A stretch of DNA of 64,000 bases from a virus. Of this stretch, positions 18,364-27,901 are shown piece after piece. Location: IMG/VR virus record IMGVR_UViG_3300005573_000005, one strand, 5' to 3'. Below the pieces are notes generated by a model, which saw nothing but the letters and a program-made list of their open reading frames with translations, was not told where the DNA came from and ran no database searches. Numbering within the stretch: position 1 is the first letter of the stretch; every line of letters starts with the position of its first letter. The position numbers were made by a program, and so were the translations under genes.

Positions 18364-19051
18364 CAAAGAATGTCTTTACAAAGCCTTTTTAGGTTTTGTA
18401 AAAAATACAGAAAATAAAGACAACTGTAATAAACTTTTAAAAGAATTGAAGAGAGTTTGTGAGTATTTATTGCCTGTATATGTAAATTGTCCCCAAGGTT
18501 ATGAAGAGGATTTTTTGATGGAAGCTGTTGAGAAATGCTGGGTTGTTTGTAACAATTTAGCCAGTAGAGATTGTTACAAGAAAGTTTGTCCTGATTCAAC
18601 TAAATTTAGAAATTTTCTTTTCAGATGTATAGAAAATTCTTTTCATGACACATGGAGAAAATTTAATTTTTCTGCTTTTACAGATTTAGATTTACCTTTT
18701 GTTTGTTCCAGAATATTGTCTCCACGTAGTATTGTAGATTTTAATTTATTTATGTCGGAATATAAAGGCATTGTTTTGAAATTTTTAAAAGAAAATAATA
18801 GATATGAAGAATTGTCAGATAGTGTCATTGAATATTTTGTTGAAAAATTTTTTGCAGGGGATAGCAGAGAAGAGATAGTTAATAGTCTTTACAATGTTTT
18901 TTTTGTAAGGAATCCTTATTTCTTTTATCAATATTTGACTGTTTTGTGCAGGATTGCTTTAAAGAAGCTTGCTGATTCTTTTAAAATGGAGGAAATAGAT
19001 ATTTATATAGAACCTTTTTTGGAGTATAACGAAGATGAAGAGACAGAATAA
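18347..19051 (+). CDS. hypothetical protein, possibly a second divergent sigma-like factor
   Basis: EEDFLMEAVEKCW and FRNFLFRCIENSFHDTWRK loosely resemble sigma region 2 (F..yl...i.N...D..Rk). Weak. Confidence 0.3.
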   Translation: MQTVCDKECLYKAFLGFVKNTENKDNCNKLLKELKRVCEYLLPVYVNCPQGYEEDFLMEAVEKCWVVCNNLASRDCYKKVCPDSTKFRNFLFRCIENSFHDTWRKFNFSAFTDLDLPFVCSRILSPRSIVDFNLFMSEYKGIVLKFLKENNRYEELSDSVIEYFVEKFFAGDSREEIVNSLYNVFFVRNPYFFYQYLTVLCRIALKKLADSFKMEEIDIYIEPFLEYNEDEETE

Positions 19052-19442
19052 TTTGTTAGATATTTTTGAGAATAATGAATTTTTCCGTAGAAATGCTTCA
19101 ATATTAGTTTTGCTTCTTCTTATAGACCAGAGATTTTCTTTATTGCCGGAACTTTATAGAGTTTTCGGTGCAAAAAAATTATTGCTTTTTCTTGAGATTT
19201 TTTCTGGAATGACTTTTAATGTTATTTCAAGGAAGAAATTATTAGAACTTTATAGAGATGTGCATATTTACACAGCAATTAGCAATGCAGGACCGTCAAA
19301 GAGAAATGTTATAAATGATTTAGCCAGACAATACTCTTTAGATAGTGATGTTGTAAGAAAGATTTACAAAAGAGTTGCTGAGTGCGTTCAAAAAGATTTT
19401 GCTACTCTGGCAAAAATTAAAAAGGAGATAGAAATATGGTAA
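19035..19442 (+). CDS. Mor-like transcriptional activator (candidate late regulator)
   Basis: LYRVFGAKKLLLFLEIFSGMTFNVISRKKLLELYRDVHIY...NDLARQYSLDSDVVRKIYKRV follows the Mor-family layout (fGG..i.iP....l.r..Rd..I....g.....LA..Y.ls...v..I). Confidence 0.4.
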   Translation: MKRQNNLLDIFENNEFFRRNASILVLLLLIDQRFSLLPELYRVFGAKKLLLFLEIFSGMTFNVISRKKLLELYRDVHIYTAISNAGPSKRNVINDLARQYSLDSDVVRKIYKRVAECVQKDFATLAKIKKEIEIW

Positions 19443-20056
19443 AATGTAAAGTTTGTGGTAAAGAGTTTGCGAAATTAACCTGGAAACATTTACGTACGCA
19501 TAAGATGACTGTTGAAGAATATCGTAAATTTTATGGTGGTCCTGCACCTGTTTCTGTTACTCCGAACACTATTTTAGATGGTTTAGCTAAGTGGGCACAG
19601 GAAGGTACTATTCCTGATTCTGTTAGAAATCTTGTAGATAGATTATATGAAGATCCGCAAACCAGACTAAAGATGATATTGATGGCAGTAGCTATTCAAT
19701 CTTTAACACGGTTAGCAAGTTTGCAGGGTATAGTTGATTTAGTTTCTTCAAAGATTTTTTCTGCTGAACGTATAAATGACCCACGAACTTCTTTGAATGA
19801 TTTGATAAAAATATTTAATGCTGCATCTACAGAAATAAAGAATATTACAGATTTGTTTAAAGATATTTCTCTTGAACCTGTAAAAAGTGGTACTGCTTAT
19901 ATAGATGAAGTTAATTTAAATTTTTCTGAGCTTCCGCAAGATCCTAAGAAGAGAGCTGAGATTTATGAAGTAATTACCAATGTTTTGAACGCATTGGAAG
20001 GCAAAGTTAATAAAGACAAGCAATTATCTTCTCCTGAAAAGGAGCAAAAGAAATGA
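19436..20056 (+). CDS. C2H2-type zinc-finger protein, possible small terminase subunit (by position)
   Basis: CKVCGKEFAKLTWKHLRTH at the N terminus. Lies immediately upstream of, and overlaps, the large terminase gene. Confidence 0.3.
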   Translation: MVKCKVCGKEFAKLTWKHLRTHKMTVEEYRKFYGGPAPVSVTPNTILDGLAKWAQEGTIPDSVRNLVDRLYEDPQTRLKMILMAVAIQSLTRLASLQGIVDLVSSKIFSAERINDPRTSLNDLIKIFNAASTEIKNITDLFKDISLEPVKSGTAYIDEVNLNFSELPQDPKKRAEIYEVITNVLNALEGKVNKDKQLSSPEKEQKK

Positions 20057-21981
20057 GTATTTTTGATGTAAGACCTGAATTAGCAGAGAAATTATTAATG
20101 CTTAAAGAATCTCCGGAGAGATTGTCTGAATTTCTGGATTCTTTGACTTCAGAAGAACGTTATTGGTTACTCAGAGTTTTGAAAGAGATTAAAGAGTATG
20201 GAAGGTCAGATACCTTAAGGATGATTCGTAGTGTTGATTTTATAAGAGAACCTGTTTCAGTAAGAGAATTTCTTACACCTAAGTATTTAGGTAAATTTGG
20301 TTACGGCATTTATAAAGTTTGGTTGGATACACTTGAGTTAATAGAACGAAACAGGGTTTTTGAATGGATTATTACAGGAGCTATAGGTTGTGGAAAGACG
20401 AGTGCTGCAAGATTTATGGAATTATATAAACTTTATTTACTTTCCTGTCTCAGAGACCCATCTAAATATTTTGGACATTTATCTGGAGTTCCTGTTGTAA
20501 TAGGTTTTTATAGCAGGACAAGAGAGAAGGCGGATGTTTATTATTCTGTTTTTGAGTCTATTGTTAGGGAAGCTCCTTACTTTAAAGAATGTTATTCACC
20601 TCTGGGTAAGCATGGTTTAGATTTTCCTAATCGTGTGTCTGTTATGACTGGTTCATCTGAGTTGCATGGGTTAGGGGATGATTTAATTTTATTACATATA
20701 GATGAAATGAACTTTATGCATGGTGAAGGAGAATTGTCGCAAGCTCATAAGCTATATTCCTCTTTAAGAATTAGGATGCTAAGTCGTTTTTTGGATAAAG
20801 GCATTAATCCAGGTTTACTTATTTTAATTTCTTCAAGGCGGTCTGAGTCGGATTTTCTTGAAAAGCATATTGAAGAAGTGAAAGAAGAAATTAGAGTCAG
20901 GGAAAGTATGAATTTGCCAGCTGGAGTGCATATTTCTGATTTTAGTTTGTGGGAAGTTACACCAGAGCGATTTTCTACTAAGAAATTTTATGTTTTTGTA
21001 GGTAGCAAAACAGAGTCGCCTAAGGTTATAAATAATCTTGAGGATTTTCTTAAGAGTGTTCCTGAGGGTGATAGAGATGATTACAAGAGGAGAATAATAG
21101 AAGTACCAGAAGATTTTCGTGCGGATTTTGAGCGTGATTGCGAACGAGCATTGCGGGATTTAGCAGGTAAAGCTACTGTTGCTGTTTCTGGTTTGATAAA
21201 AGATAAAGAAGCTTTATTAAGTTGTTTTGATGGACAAGACCCATTTAAAAAGAATCCCATTACTATATCTACAAAAGACCGTAAGACAAGGATAGTAGAT
21301 TTTTTAGATGTAAATAAACTTTGTAAGGTTACATTAGGATCTTATGTTCCACGTGTAAATAGCAATATTCCTCGTTGTTTGCATGTAGATTTAGGACTTG
21401 TTGGAGATAGGGCAGGTATATGTATGGGGCATGCAGTTCCATTAGAGAAAGGAGATTATCGTTATTCAACTACTAATGCAGTTGTAGTACCTTTTATAAT
21501 AATAGATTTTATTCTTGCTATTTCTCCGCCACCTTTAGGGGAAATAGATTTTCAAGAGATTGTTAATTTTATATGTACTTTACGTGATCTTGGTTTTACT
21601 TTTGATGCTATAACATACGATGGATGGCAATCAGTACATTCAAGACAATTACTTTTAAATTCTGGTTTTAAAAATGTTAGTGTTTTATCGGTAGATAGAG
21701 ATGATACACCTTACAGATTTGCAAGACAGGCTTTAATGGAGAAACGTGTATTTGCTCCTTATCATAAGATTTGCATAGAAGAATTACTTTCTCTTGAGCA
21801 TGATATTGTTAAGAAGAAAGTAGACCATCCTCCAGGAGGAAGTAAGGACTGTGCTGATGCTTTAGCAGCGGTTATTTATAATTGTTCGTTGAATGTTAAG
21901 GTAGCTCCAGCTACAAGCAGAGATTCTAATATTTCTACTGCGATAGATTCATTAATTTCTTCTAACAAACCAATAATATAA
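20053..21981 (+). CDS. terL: terminase large subunit
   Basis: Walker A ITGAIGCGKTSAA and Walker B ILLHIDEMNF. C-terminal RNase H-like nuclease acidic residues (HVDLGLVGDRAG, DCADAL). Confidence 0.85.
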   Translation: MSIFDVRPELAEKLLMLKESPERLSEFLDSLTSEERYWLLRVLKEIKEYGRSDTLRMIRSVDFIREPVSVREFLTPKYLGKFGYGIYKVWLDTLELIERNRVFEWIITGAIGCGKTSAARFMELYKLYLLSCLRDPSKYFGHLSGVPVVIGFYSRTREKADVYYSVFESIVREAPYFKECYSPLGKHGLDFPNRVSVMTGSSELHGLGDDLILLHIDEMNFMHGEGELSQAHKLYSSLRIRMLSRFLDKGINPGLLILISSRRSESDFLEKHIEEVKEEIRVRESMNLPAGVHISDFSLWEVTPERFSTKKFYVFVGSKTESPKVINNLEDFLKSVPEGDRDDYKRRIIEVPEDFRADFERDCERALRDLAGKATVAVSGLIKDKEALLSCFDGQDPFKKNPITISTKDRKTRIVDFLDVNKLCKVTLGSYVPRVNSNIPRCLHVDLGLVGDRAGICMGHAVPLEKGDYRYSTTNAVVVPFIIIDFILAISPPPLGEIDFQEIVNFICTLRDLGFTFDAITYDGWQSVHSRQLLLNSGFKNVSVLSVDRDDTPYRFARQALMEKRVFAPYHKICIEELLSLEHDIVKKKVDHPPGGSKDCADALAAVIYNCSLNVKVAPATSRDSNISTAIDSLISSNKPII

Positions 21982-21995
21982 AAAAGGAGGGTAAT

Positions 21996-23612
21996 ATGGA
22001 CATTTTATCTTTATTCAGAAAAATTTTCAGAGCTCCTGTACAGCCTGCGGAAGTACCAACTATTCCTGATGTTCCTCCAGGTGATTTAGGAGCAACTTCT
22101 ATTATTGATATGTACAGGAAAGAAGTAGATGTTACAGAAGACCGTCATTATCTTATACAGCTATATACAGATATGGAGAAAGATGAAATTATAGGAGCAG
22201 TACTTGATGCTTATGCGGAAGAAGCTACGCAAAGGTCTTATGAGAATGATAAAATTGTTTGGATACACTCGGACTCTGAGGATATTAAAAACTTTGGTGA
22301 AGAGTTCTTAGACAAGATTAAGTGTGATTACAATGTTTTTTCTTTAGTACGAACAATTGCCTGGTATGGTTATGATTTTGAATTAGTTGTAGGCGATTTT
22401 GGTAAAGGAATATTAGAATTAAAACCTCTTGATTTATCCAAGATAGAAAGAGTAGAAGAGAGCGGTATTCTAAAAGGTTTTCAATTTACAGGGGGTTCTG
22501 GTTCAATTACTTATCAGCCCTGGGATATAATCCATTTTCGTAATCTTTCAAGGAAGCGAACAAATATTTACGGGGATTCTATTCTTTATTCAGCGAGAAA
22601 GATATGGAAGAAATTACAGATGATAGAAGATGCTGTTATTATATACAGGCTTCGTAGACATCCAGATAGATTAGTTTTTTATATAGATACAGGAAAAGCT
22701 TCTCCTGTAGAACAATTGAAGATTATAAACAGATGGAAACAAGCTCTTCGCAAATCTTTTTATGTAAAAGATTCAACTATAAGGCAAGAAATACGTATAT
22801 TTGCTGCTGACGAAGATTTATTCTTCCCTAAGGCGGAAGGTAATAACAGTAGCATAGATGTATTGAAAGGATCATCTAATGTTGGTGATATTTATGATTT
22901 GGAGTATTTTCTTAATAAATTGTTTGGTGCTCTTAAAGTACCTAAAGCTTACTTTGGATTTGAAGGTGAGATAAATGCAAAAGCTTCGCTTGTTCAGCAA
23001 GATATTAGATTTGCACGTTCTGTTGCTAAGTTACAGACTTTTGTGATGGAAGGACTGGCTACTGCGTTTCAGATAGATTTAATTTATCGTGGTATAGACC
23101 CTACTGACCCTGCTCATTCTTTTAAATTTCGTATGGTTCCTGTGTCTTATCTTGAAGAGATGGCCAGGCAGGAAATTTATGATACACGTATAAAAGCAAT
23201 GCAAGATTTTTCAAGTTTATTTAATAGTCTTGAGATTACAAAGGAGAAATGGGTATCCTGGGTATTTAGAAATCTTGGTGGTTTTACTGAGGAAGAAACA
23301 GCTTTCTTACTTTCAGGTGTAGAGAAAGAAGAAGTTTCTGCTGAAGAGGTTGCAGGTGAGTCTTTGTCTGCTGAAGATTCCAGGAGACTTAAGAAAGCTT
23401 TGAGCTCTACTCCGAAAGGACGTTCTATCATTAGTGAGCTTAACGAGATTTTAGCTAAGGCAGGTTCTTTCTCAAGTGATAAGCTTCTCAGGAGAGAACA
23501 TTTAGGACTTATGAAGGTTAACAAAGAAGAGAAGCCATTAGTTGAAAAAACTAATGGTAATAGTGAAATACAAAGAAGATTAAAGTACAGAAAGGAGGAG
23601 TTATTACGATGA
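21996..23612 (+). CDS. portal protein (by size and position)
   Basis: 538-aa ORF directly after terL with a strong RBS (aaggaggg). The size and acidic C-terminal tail are typical of portals. No diagnostic motif checked. Confidence 0.55.
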   Translation: MDILSLFRKIFRAPVQPAEVPTIPDVPPGDLGATSIIDMYRKEVDVTEDRHYLIQLYTDMEKDEIIGAVLDAYAEEATQRSYENDKIVWIHSDSEDIKNFGEEFLDKIKCDYNVFSLVRTIAWYGYDFELVVGDFGKGILELKPLDLSKIERVEESGILKGFQFTGGSGSITYQPWDIIHFRNLSRKRTNIYGDSILYSARKIWKKLQMIEDAVIIYRLRRHPDRLVFYIDTGKASPVEQLKIINRWKQALRKSFYVKDSTIRQEIRIFAADEDLFFPKAEGNNSSIDVLKGSSNVGDIYDLEYFLNKLFGALKVPKAYFGFEGEINAKASLVQQDIRFARSVAKLQTFVMEGLATAFQIDLIYRGIDPTDPAHSFKFRMVPVSYLEEMARQEIYDTRIKAMQDFSSLFNSLEITKEKWVSWVFRNLGGFTEEETAFLLSGVEKEEVSAEEVAGESLSAEDSRRLKKALSSTPKGRSIISELNEILAKAGSFSSDKLLRREHLGLMKVNKEEKPLVEKTNGNSEIQRRLKYRKEELLR

Positions 23613-23962
23613 GAGTTCAGTCTTTTTCTCGCTTAGTTGCGGATAAGCTTGGTATGCAAGCTAAAGATGTTACACCTATACTTGTAAGTTTCTTTGATAC
23701 GCTTAATGAATTACTGTCTAAAGGTTGTGTTGTATCTTTTCCAGGTATAGGTAAATTTACACCTTCCCTTCGGGGAGGTTATACCAAGCCTAATTATTTT
23801 AAAAAAGGTGAAGATATGTATGTAGCTCCTTATGTTAATGTCAGATTTACACAGTTTGAATCTTCTAAAAGGAAGTTATATGAAATGAATAAAACTCTAT
23901 GGGATATTGTTTTAAAGAGTAAAAATACTACGACAAAAGGAGGAAAAACTAATGAAAAATGA
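23609..23962 (+). CDS. HU/IHF-family DNA-binding protein
   Basis: LVADKLGMQAKDVTPILVSFFDTLNELLSKGCVVSFPGIGKFTPSLRGGYTKPN...VRFTQ matches the HU fold pattern (v.l.gfG.F.....R.grNP......i....v.F). Confidence 0.7.
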   Translation: MRVQSFSRLVADKLGMQAKDVTPILVSFFDTLNELLSKGCVVSFPGIGKFTPSLRGGYTKPNYFKKGEDMYVAPYVNVRFTQFESSKRKLYEMNKTLWDIVLKSKNTTTKGGKTNEK

Positions 23963-24722
23963 AAATAGCAATATAGATATTTCTGTTCTTAGAGAAGGAG
24001 ATTGGATGGAAGTTCAGAGTTTTGGTTTACTTGGTAAGCTTATAAGATTTCGTTGTGGTAGTTATACTAATCATGGACAACCTATTCATGTAGAGAATGG
24101 TAAATTGTATGTATTAAATGCTACTGTACCACGTTTAAAAGTAGACCCAATAGAGAGCTGGATAGAAGATGCGAAGAAGAAGAGTTGTAATTTTATTATA
24201 ATGCGTCAAACTTATTTACCTGTTGAGATTTATAGTAAAGCAGCGTTACAGTTTGAAGCGGATATTGCAAAAAAGAGACCTTTCTATGATGTTATATCAT
24301 TTGTTAAATTTATCTGGGAATTACCGATTCTGGCGATTAAATACAATAAGATTATGAAAATGCTGGAAAAGGATATTTATTTTGTTTCTTTAGCTTCTGA
24401 GCCTCATTTACGTATGATAGAATTTAGTAAATTTGCCAGAAAACTTCCAGAAGAGAGTCTTAAGAAGACAGAAGTCCTTATGGAGTATAAAAAGTTTGCA
24501 GAAAGGTTTGACAGGATATCAGAGAGTTTATGGTATTGTACTGAATTGCTAAAAGGTATTTATGTAACTGCAGGGGATAATCCTTTTAAGAAACTTTATA
24601 ATGTTGACTATTGCACTCCTAAGGAAGTAGAGAGATTTACAAAAGATAAATATATGATATTTTTGTGTGGTTATTATAATGGAACTGTTTCTGACGAACT
24701 TTATAAAAAGATTGTGATCTGA
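23952..24722 (+). CDS. hypothetical protein (possible permuted papain-like / YiiX-like fold)
   Basis: GDWMEVQS..LGKLIRFRCGSYTNHGQPIHVENGKLYVLNAT is reminiscent of YiiX/NlpC-like enzymes. Weak. Confidence 0.25.
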   Translation: MKNENSNIDISVLREGDWMEVQSFGLLGKLIRFRCGSYTNHGQPIHVENGKLYVLNATVPRLKVDPIESWIEDAKKKSCNFIIMRQTYLPVEIYSKAALQFEADIAKKRPFYDVISFVKFIWELPILAIKYNKIMKMLEKDIYFVSLASEPHLRMIEFSKFARKLPEESLKKTEVLMEYKKFAERFDRISESLWYCTELLKGIYVTAGDNPFKKLYNVDYCTPKEVERFTKDKYMIFLCGYYNGTVSDELYKKIVI

Positions 24723-24726
24723 TAAG

Positions 24727-25317
24727 ATGTACTCGCAGAGTGAAGAAGAAAAATATATTTTAGAATATTTTGGTGACTACACAGGCAAGTTTTTAGATAT
24801 AGGGGCAGGAGATGGTATAACTTTTTCTAACACTTTTGCTTTATTAGAGCGTGGTTGGTCAGGTATTCTTGTAGAACCAGAACCAAGATTATTTTTAGAG
24901 CTGTTAACTCACCTTAAAGATAATCCTAAAGTAATTTTATTTAATGTAGCTGTTAGCAGAAGAGGTCAGATTTGTCAGTTTTTTAGGACTAATGATTTTT
25001 TAAGTACAGTAAATAGAAATTTTGCTAAAGCGTTGGAAGAGAAGTTTTCTTTTGCAACTTACTTTATTCGTACAATTTCGATAGAAGAACTTCTTAATTT
25101 TACAGGTTTTGTAGATTTTATTTCTATAGATACAGAAGGTACTTCCGTAGAACTTACTTTAAGTCTTCCAGAAGAGTTTTTAAAGAATCTAAAACTTATT
25201 TGTGTTGAGTATAATTCTGTAGTTTCAGATTTTAATCTTGTTTGTGATTTTTTGAGAAAGGCGAGTTTTACTAAATTACTTTATAAAAGTGCTGAGAACG
25301 TTTTACTGGGGAAATGA
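24727..25317 (+). CDS. class I SAM-dependent methyltransferase (FkbM-like)
   Basis: SAM motif I KFLDIGAGDGITFSNT. Size and layout resemble FkbM-family methyltransferases. Confidence 0.55.
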   Translation: MYSQSEEEKYILEYFGDYTGKFLDIGAGDGITFSNTFALLERGWSGILVEPEPRLFLELLTHLKDNPKVILFNVAVSRRGQICQFFRTNDFLSTVNRNFAKALEEKFSFATYFIRTISIEELLNFTGFVDFISIDTEGTSVELTLSLPEEFLKNLKLICVEYNSVVSDFNLVCDFLRKASFTKLLYKSAENVLLGK

Positions 25318-25404
25318 TAATGACGGTTTTAGTTGTAGATGCAAGTTATTTTTCACAGAGAAGTAAATTTTCCTCTTTAGGTATTAGAGCAAGCAAACTT
25401 ATGC

Positions 25405-25504
25405 GAAAACTTTTTATAATGCGATATAAACGGTTTTTGCGAACAGGCATAGAGTTTTGCTTTAGTGCGGTTAGAAAACTTTTTATATGCTAATACAAAA
25501 AGAA
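25405..25504 (+). promoter_or_regulatory. two tandem sigma70-like promoter-like units upstream of the glycosyltransferase cassette
   Basis: GAAAACTTTTTATAATGCGATATAAA (25405-25430, perfect TATAAT) and GAAAACTTTTTATATGCTAATACAAAAAGAA (25474-25504, TGn-TAATAC extended -10). The second unit recurs almost verbatim at 44331..44363. Confidence 0.35.
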
Positions 25505-25547
25505 ACTCAGGCATTTTATTTGTGGAAGGAGACTTTAAAATTTCAAA

Positions 25548-26843
25548 ATGAAGAAATTAAGTTTAATACATCCTACAAGAGGTAGACCTGCAATGTCTAC
25601 AGTTTGTATGCAGAATTGGATTTTATCAGCTTCGGGCAAAAATCCTATAGAGTATATATTGAGTTTAGATGAGTCAGATGCTTTTAATTACGAAGAAGCT
25701 ATAAAAACCTGGAGGAAATTTTTTGAGAAATATCCTTTTGTTACTTTTATTGTAAATATTGATAGAACATATTCCGTAACATCTTCACTTAACAGTGGGG
25801 CTAAATGTGCAACTGGAGATATTTTAATATCTGTTTTTGATGACATGGTACCTCCGAAGGATTGGGATGAGACTATAATAAAGCTAACAGAGGGTCGGGA
25901 GGATTGGGTATTATTTCCATTTGACGGGAATCGTAAGGATGATTTAATTACTATTTGTATTCTTGATAGAAAGTATTACGAACGGTTTGGTTATATTTAT
26001 TATCCTGGATATTTCAGTATGTGGAATGATAATGATTATTCTCAAACGGCTTTTTTACTAAACAAGGTTATAGATGTTCGCAAAGTTTTTACTATTGAAC
26101 ATAGACACTGGGCAATAAATAAAAGAGAGAAAGATAATACAGATATGAGACACGACAATGCAAAAACGTTTTCAGAAGGAAAGCGTTTATACGATAGACG
26201 TAAAAAGGACTTATTTGGTGTAGATGCTTTTTTAGATCCTATTAAACATCCTTTTGTACCTATAAATAAAGACATTTATTTGACAATAATGATACCTACT
26301 CTTGAAGAACGGAAGATTTTATTTGAGAGCTTAGTAGAATCACTTAAAAGACAGATAGTTACAAATAATTTGGAGAAAAAGGTGGAAATAATTTATTTAA
26401 GAGATAAAGGAGAAGAGAAAATAGGGAGAAAACGAAATAGACTACTACGTATGGCGTCAGGTTTGTTTTCAGTTTTTATAGATGACGATGATTTAGTTCC
26501 AGACGATTATGTAAAGACTTTTGTAGAAGTCATAGAGAAGTATGGCGATTCTATAGATTGTATAGGATTTGAAGGACTAACATTGAGACCTAATGGTAAG
26601 AAAGAAAGATTTGTTCATTCATTAGCATTTGGACCTGCCTGGTATACGAATAATTTAGGGACAGCATGTCGTCCACCTAACCATTTGAATCCTATTAGAA
26701 CGGAAATATCACGTTCTGTAAGCTTTCCACATGTAAGATGGGGCGAAGACCATGCATGGTCATTACAGATTTACGACAAATTGTCAAAAGAATATTTTAT
26801 AAAAAGAATAATGTATTACTACAGGTGCAAATATAATGCCTAA
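25548..26843 (+). CDS. two-domain glycosyltransferase (C-terminal GT2-like domain, N-terminal GT-A-like domain)
   Basis: C-terminal half: IYLTIMIPTLEERKILFESLVESLKRQ and FSVFIDDDDLVPDDY (DxD). N-terminal half: LSLIHPTRGRP... and ISVFDDMVPPKDWDE. Confidence 0.6.
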   Translation: MKKLSLIHPTRGRPAMSTVCMQNWILSASGKNPIEYILSLDESDAFNYEEAIKTWRKFFEKYPFVTFIVNIDRTYSVTSSLNSGAKCATGDILISVFDDMVPPKDWDETIIKLTEGREDWVLFPFDGNRKDDLITICILDRKYYERFGYIYYPGYFSMWNDNDYSQTAFLLNKVIDVRKVFTIEHRHWAINKREKDNTDMRHDNAKTFSEGKRLYDRRKKDLFGVDAFLDPIKHPFVPINKDIYLTIMIPTLEERKILFESLVESLKRQIVTNNLEKKVEIIYLRDKGEEKIGRKRNRLLRMASGLFSVFIDDDDLVPDDYVKTFVEVIEKYGDSIDCIGFEGLTLRPNGKKERFVHSLAFGPAWYTNNLGTACRPPNHLNPIRTEISRSVSFPHVRWGEDHAWSLQIYDKLSKEYFIKRIMYYYRCKYNA

Positions 26844-27813
26844 AATAGGGATATTAGTTACGACATTTTTACGACCTTTGTCAATACAAACGTTTTTAAA
26901 GACATTGTATAACTACGTACCGAATGATATATTTAGTGTATATGTGGCAGATCAGAGTAGCATGTATTACAATGTTGCAAGTATTTGGAATACATTGAAT
27001 TTTAATGCTATTAATACGTATGATATATATAATACATACACTAGTAAAACATATAATATATATAATAATATATATACTAGTACTTATAGTATATATACTA
27101 GTGACAAAGAAAGTAAAATAAATAATAAAGATTTATATACTAGTGACAAAGAAGACAAAATAAGTAATAAAGATTTATATAAAAATAATAAAGAAAGGTG
27201 TAATAAACTAGATAAATCAATTTTTTTCCATTATTTTGACATAGGTTTCGATAAAGGTACGAGTTATGCTCGCAATTTTCTTACTGAAGTAGTAAAAGAA
27301 CCTATTTGTCTTATAGTAGATGACGATTTTATGTTTGATGAAAACACAAACTTTGAAATCTTTTTAGATTTTTTAGAAGATTATCCGGATTTTGATATTG
27401 TGGGTGGACAATTACTTAAATCTGAGCCTTATATATATAATCTACGTTTTGAAGAAAATACTTTGTATTATTCTAAAGATTTAGAAGTTTTTGAGTATAA
27501 AGGTAAAAAAGTTTTAGTAGCTAATATAGTTCCTCAGTGTATGTTTTGCAGAACATCTATTTTCTCTGATTATCACTGGGATGAAATTTTTCATGTTTTT
27601 GACCATGATGACTTCTTTTTGAATTATCTTTCTTCAGGTAAAAAAGTAGCTTATTTAGATAGTTTTATTTGTATTCATAATAAATCAAGACCAAGTTCTG
27701 CATATAACACTTATAGAAATAGAGCCTGGATGGAAATACCTAAATTTCTTAACAAGTGGAATATTAAAGAAGTTGTAGGTCATCCTTATTTATACAAATT
27801 TTGTAAAGGATAA
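26836..27813 (+). CDS. GT-A/GT2-like glycosyltransferase interrupted by a low-complexity Y/N/T/K-rich insert
   Basis: IGILVTTFLRPLSIQTFLKTLYNY, then a ~75-aa low-complexity insert, then ARNFLTEVVKEPICLIVDDDFMFDE (DxD). Confidence 0.55.
   Translation: MPKIGILVTTFLRPLSIQTFLKTLYNYVPNDIFSVYVADQSSMYYNVASIWNTLNFNAINTYDIYNTYTSKTYNIYNNIYTSTYSIYTSDKESKINNKDLYTSDKEDKISNKDLYKNNKERCNKLDKSIFFHYFDIGFDKGTSYARNFLTEVVKEPICLIVDDDFMFDENTNFEIFLDFLEDYPDFDIVGGQLLKSEPYIYNLRFEENTLYYSKDLEVFEYKGKKVLVANIVPQCMFCRTSIFSDYHWDEIFHVFDHDDFFLNYLSSGKKVAYLDSFICIHNKSRPSSAYNTYRNRAWMEIPKFLNKWNIKEVVGHPYLYKFCKG
27097..27180 (+). repeat. 2 x 42-bp in-frame tandem repeat inside the glycosyltransferase insert
   Basis: actagtgacaaagaaagtaaaataaataataaagatttatat / actagtgacaaagaagacaaaataagtaataaagatttatat, encoding TSDKESKINNKDLY / TSDKEDKISNKDLY. 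Confidence 0.9.
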
Positions 27814-27827
27814 TAACTTTTTCAAAA

Positions 27828-27850
27828 GTTTTTTCCTCTTTTAGTTCTGG
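27828..27850 (+). promoter_or_regulatory. conserved intergenic motif GTTTTTTCCTCTTTTAGTTCTGG
   Basis: Near-identical to 43038..43061 (ACTTTTTTCCTCTTTTAGTCTTGG). Both copies sit in intergenic DNA just after a long ORF and before the next gene. Confidence 0.3.
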
Positions 27851-27901
27851 AGGTTCTAATTAAACTTTTTAATAAAAATAAAAAAATAAGGAGATTTATA
27901 C

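Noticed and set aside
25320-25493. A 57-codon ORF (MTVLVVDASYFSQRSKF...) in the gap before the glycosyltransferase cassette.
   Set aside because: It overlaps both promoter-like repeat units and has no RBS. It ends inside the conserved TATATGCTAATA motif. The PIN-like look of its first residues is too short to support a call, though it could be a gene relic.
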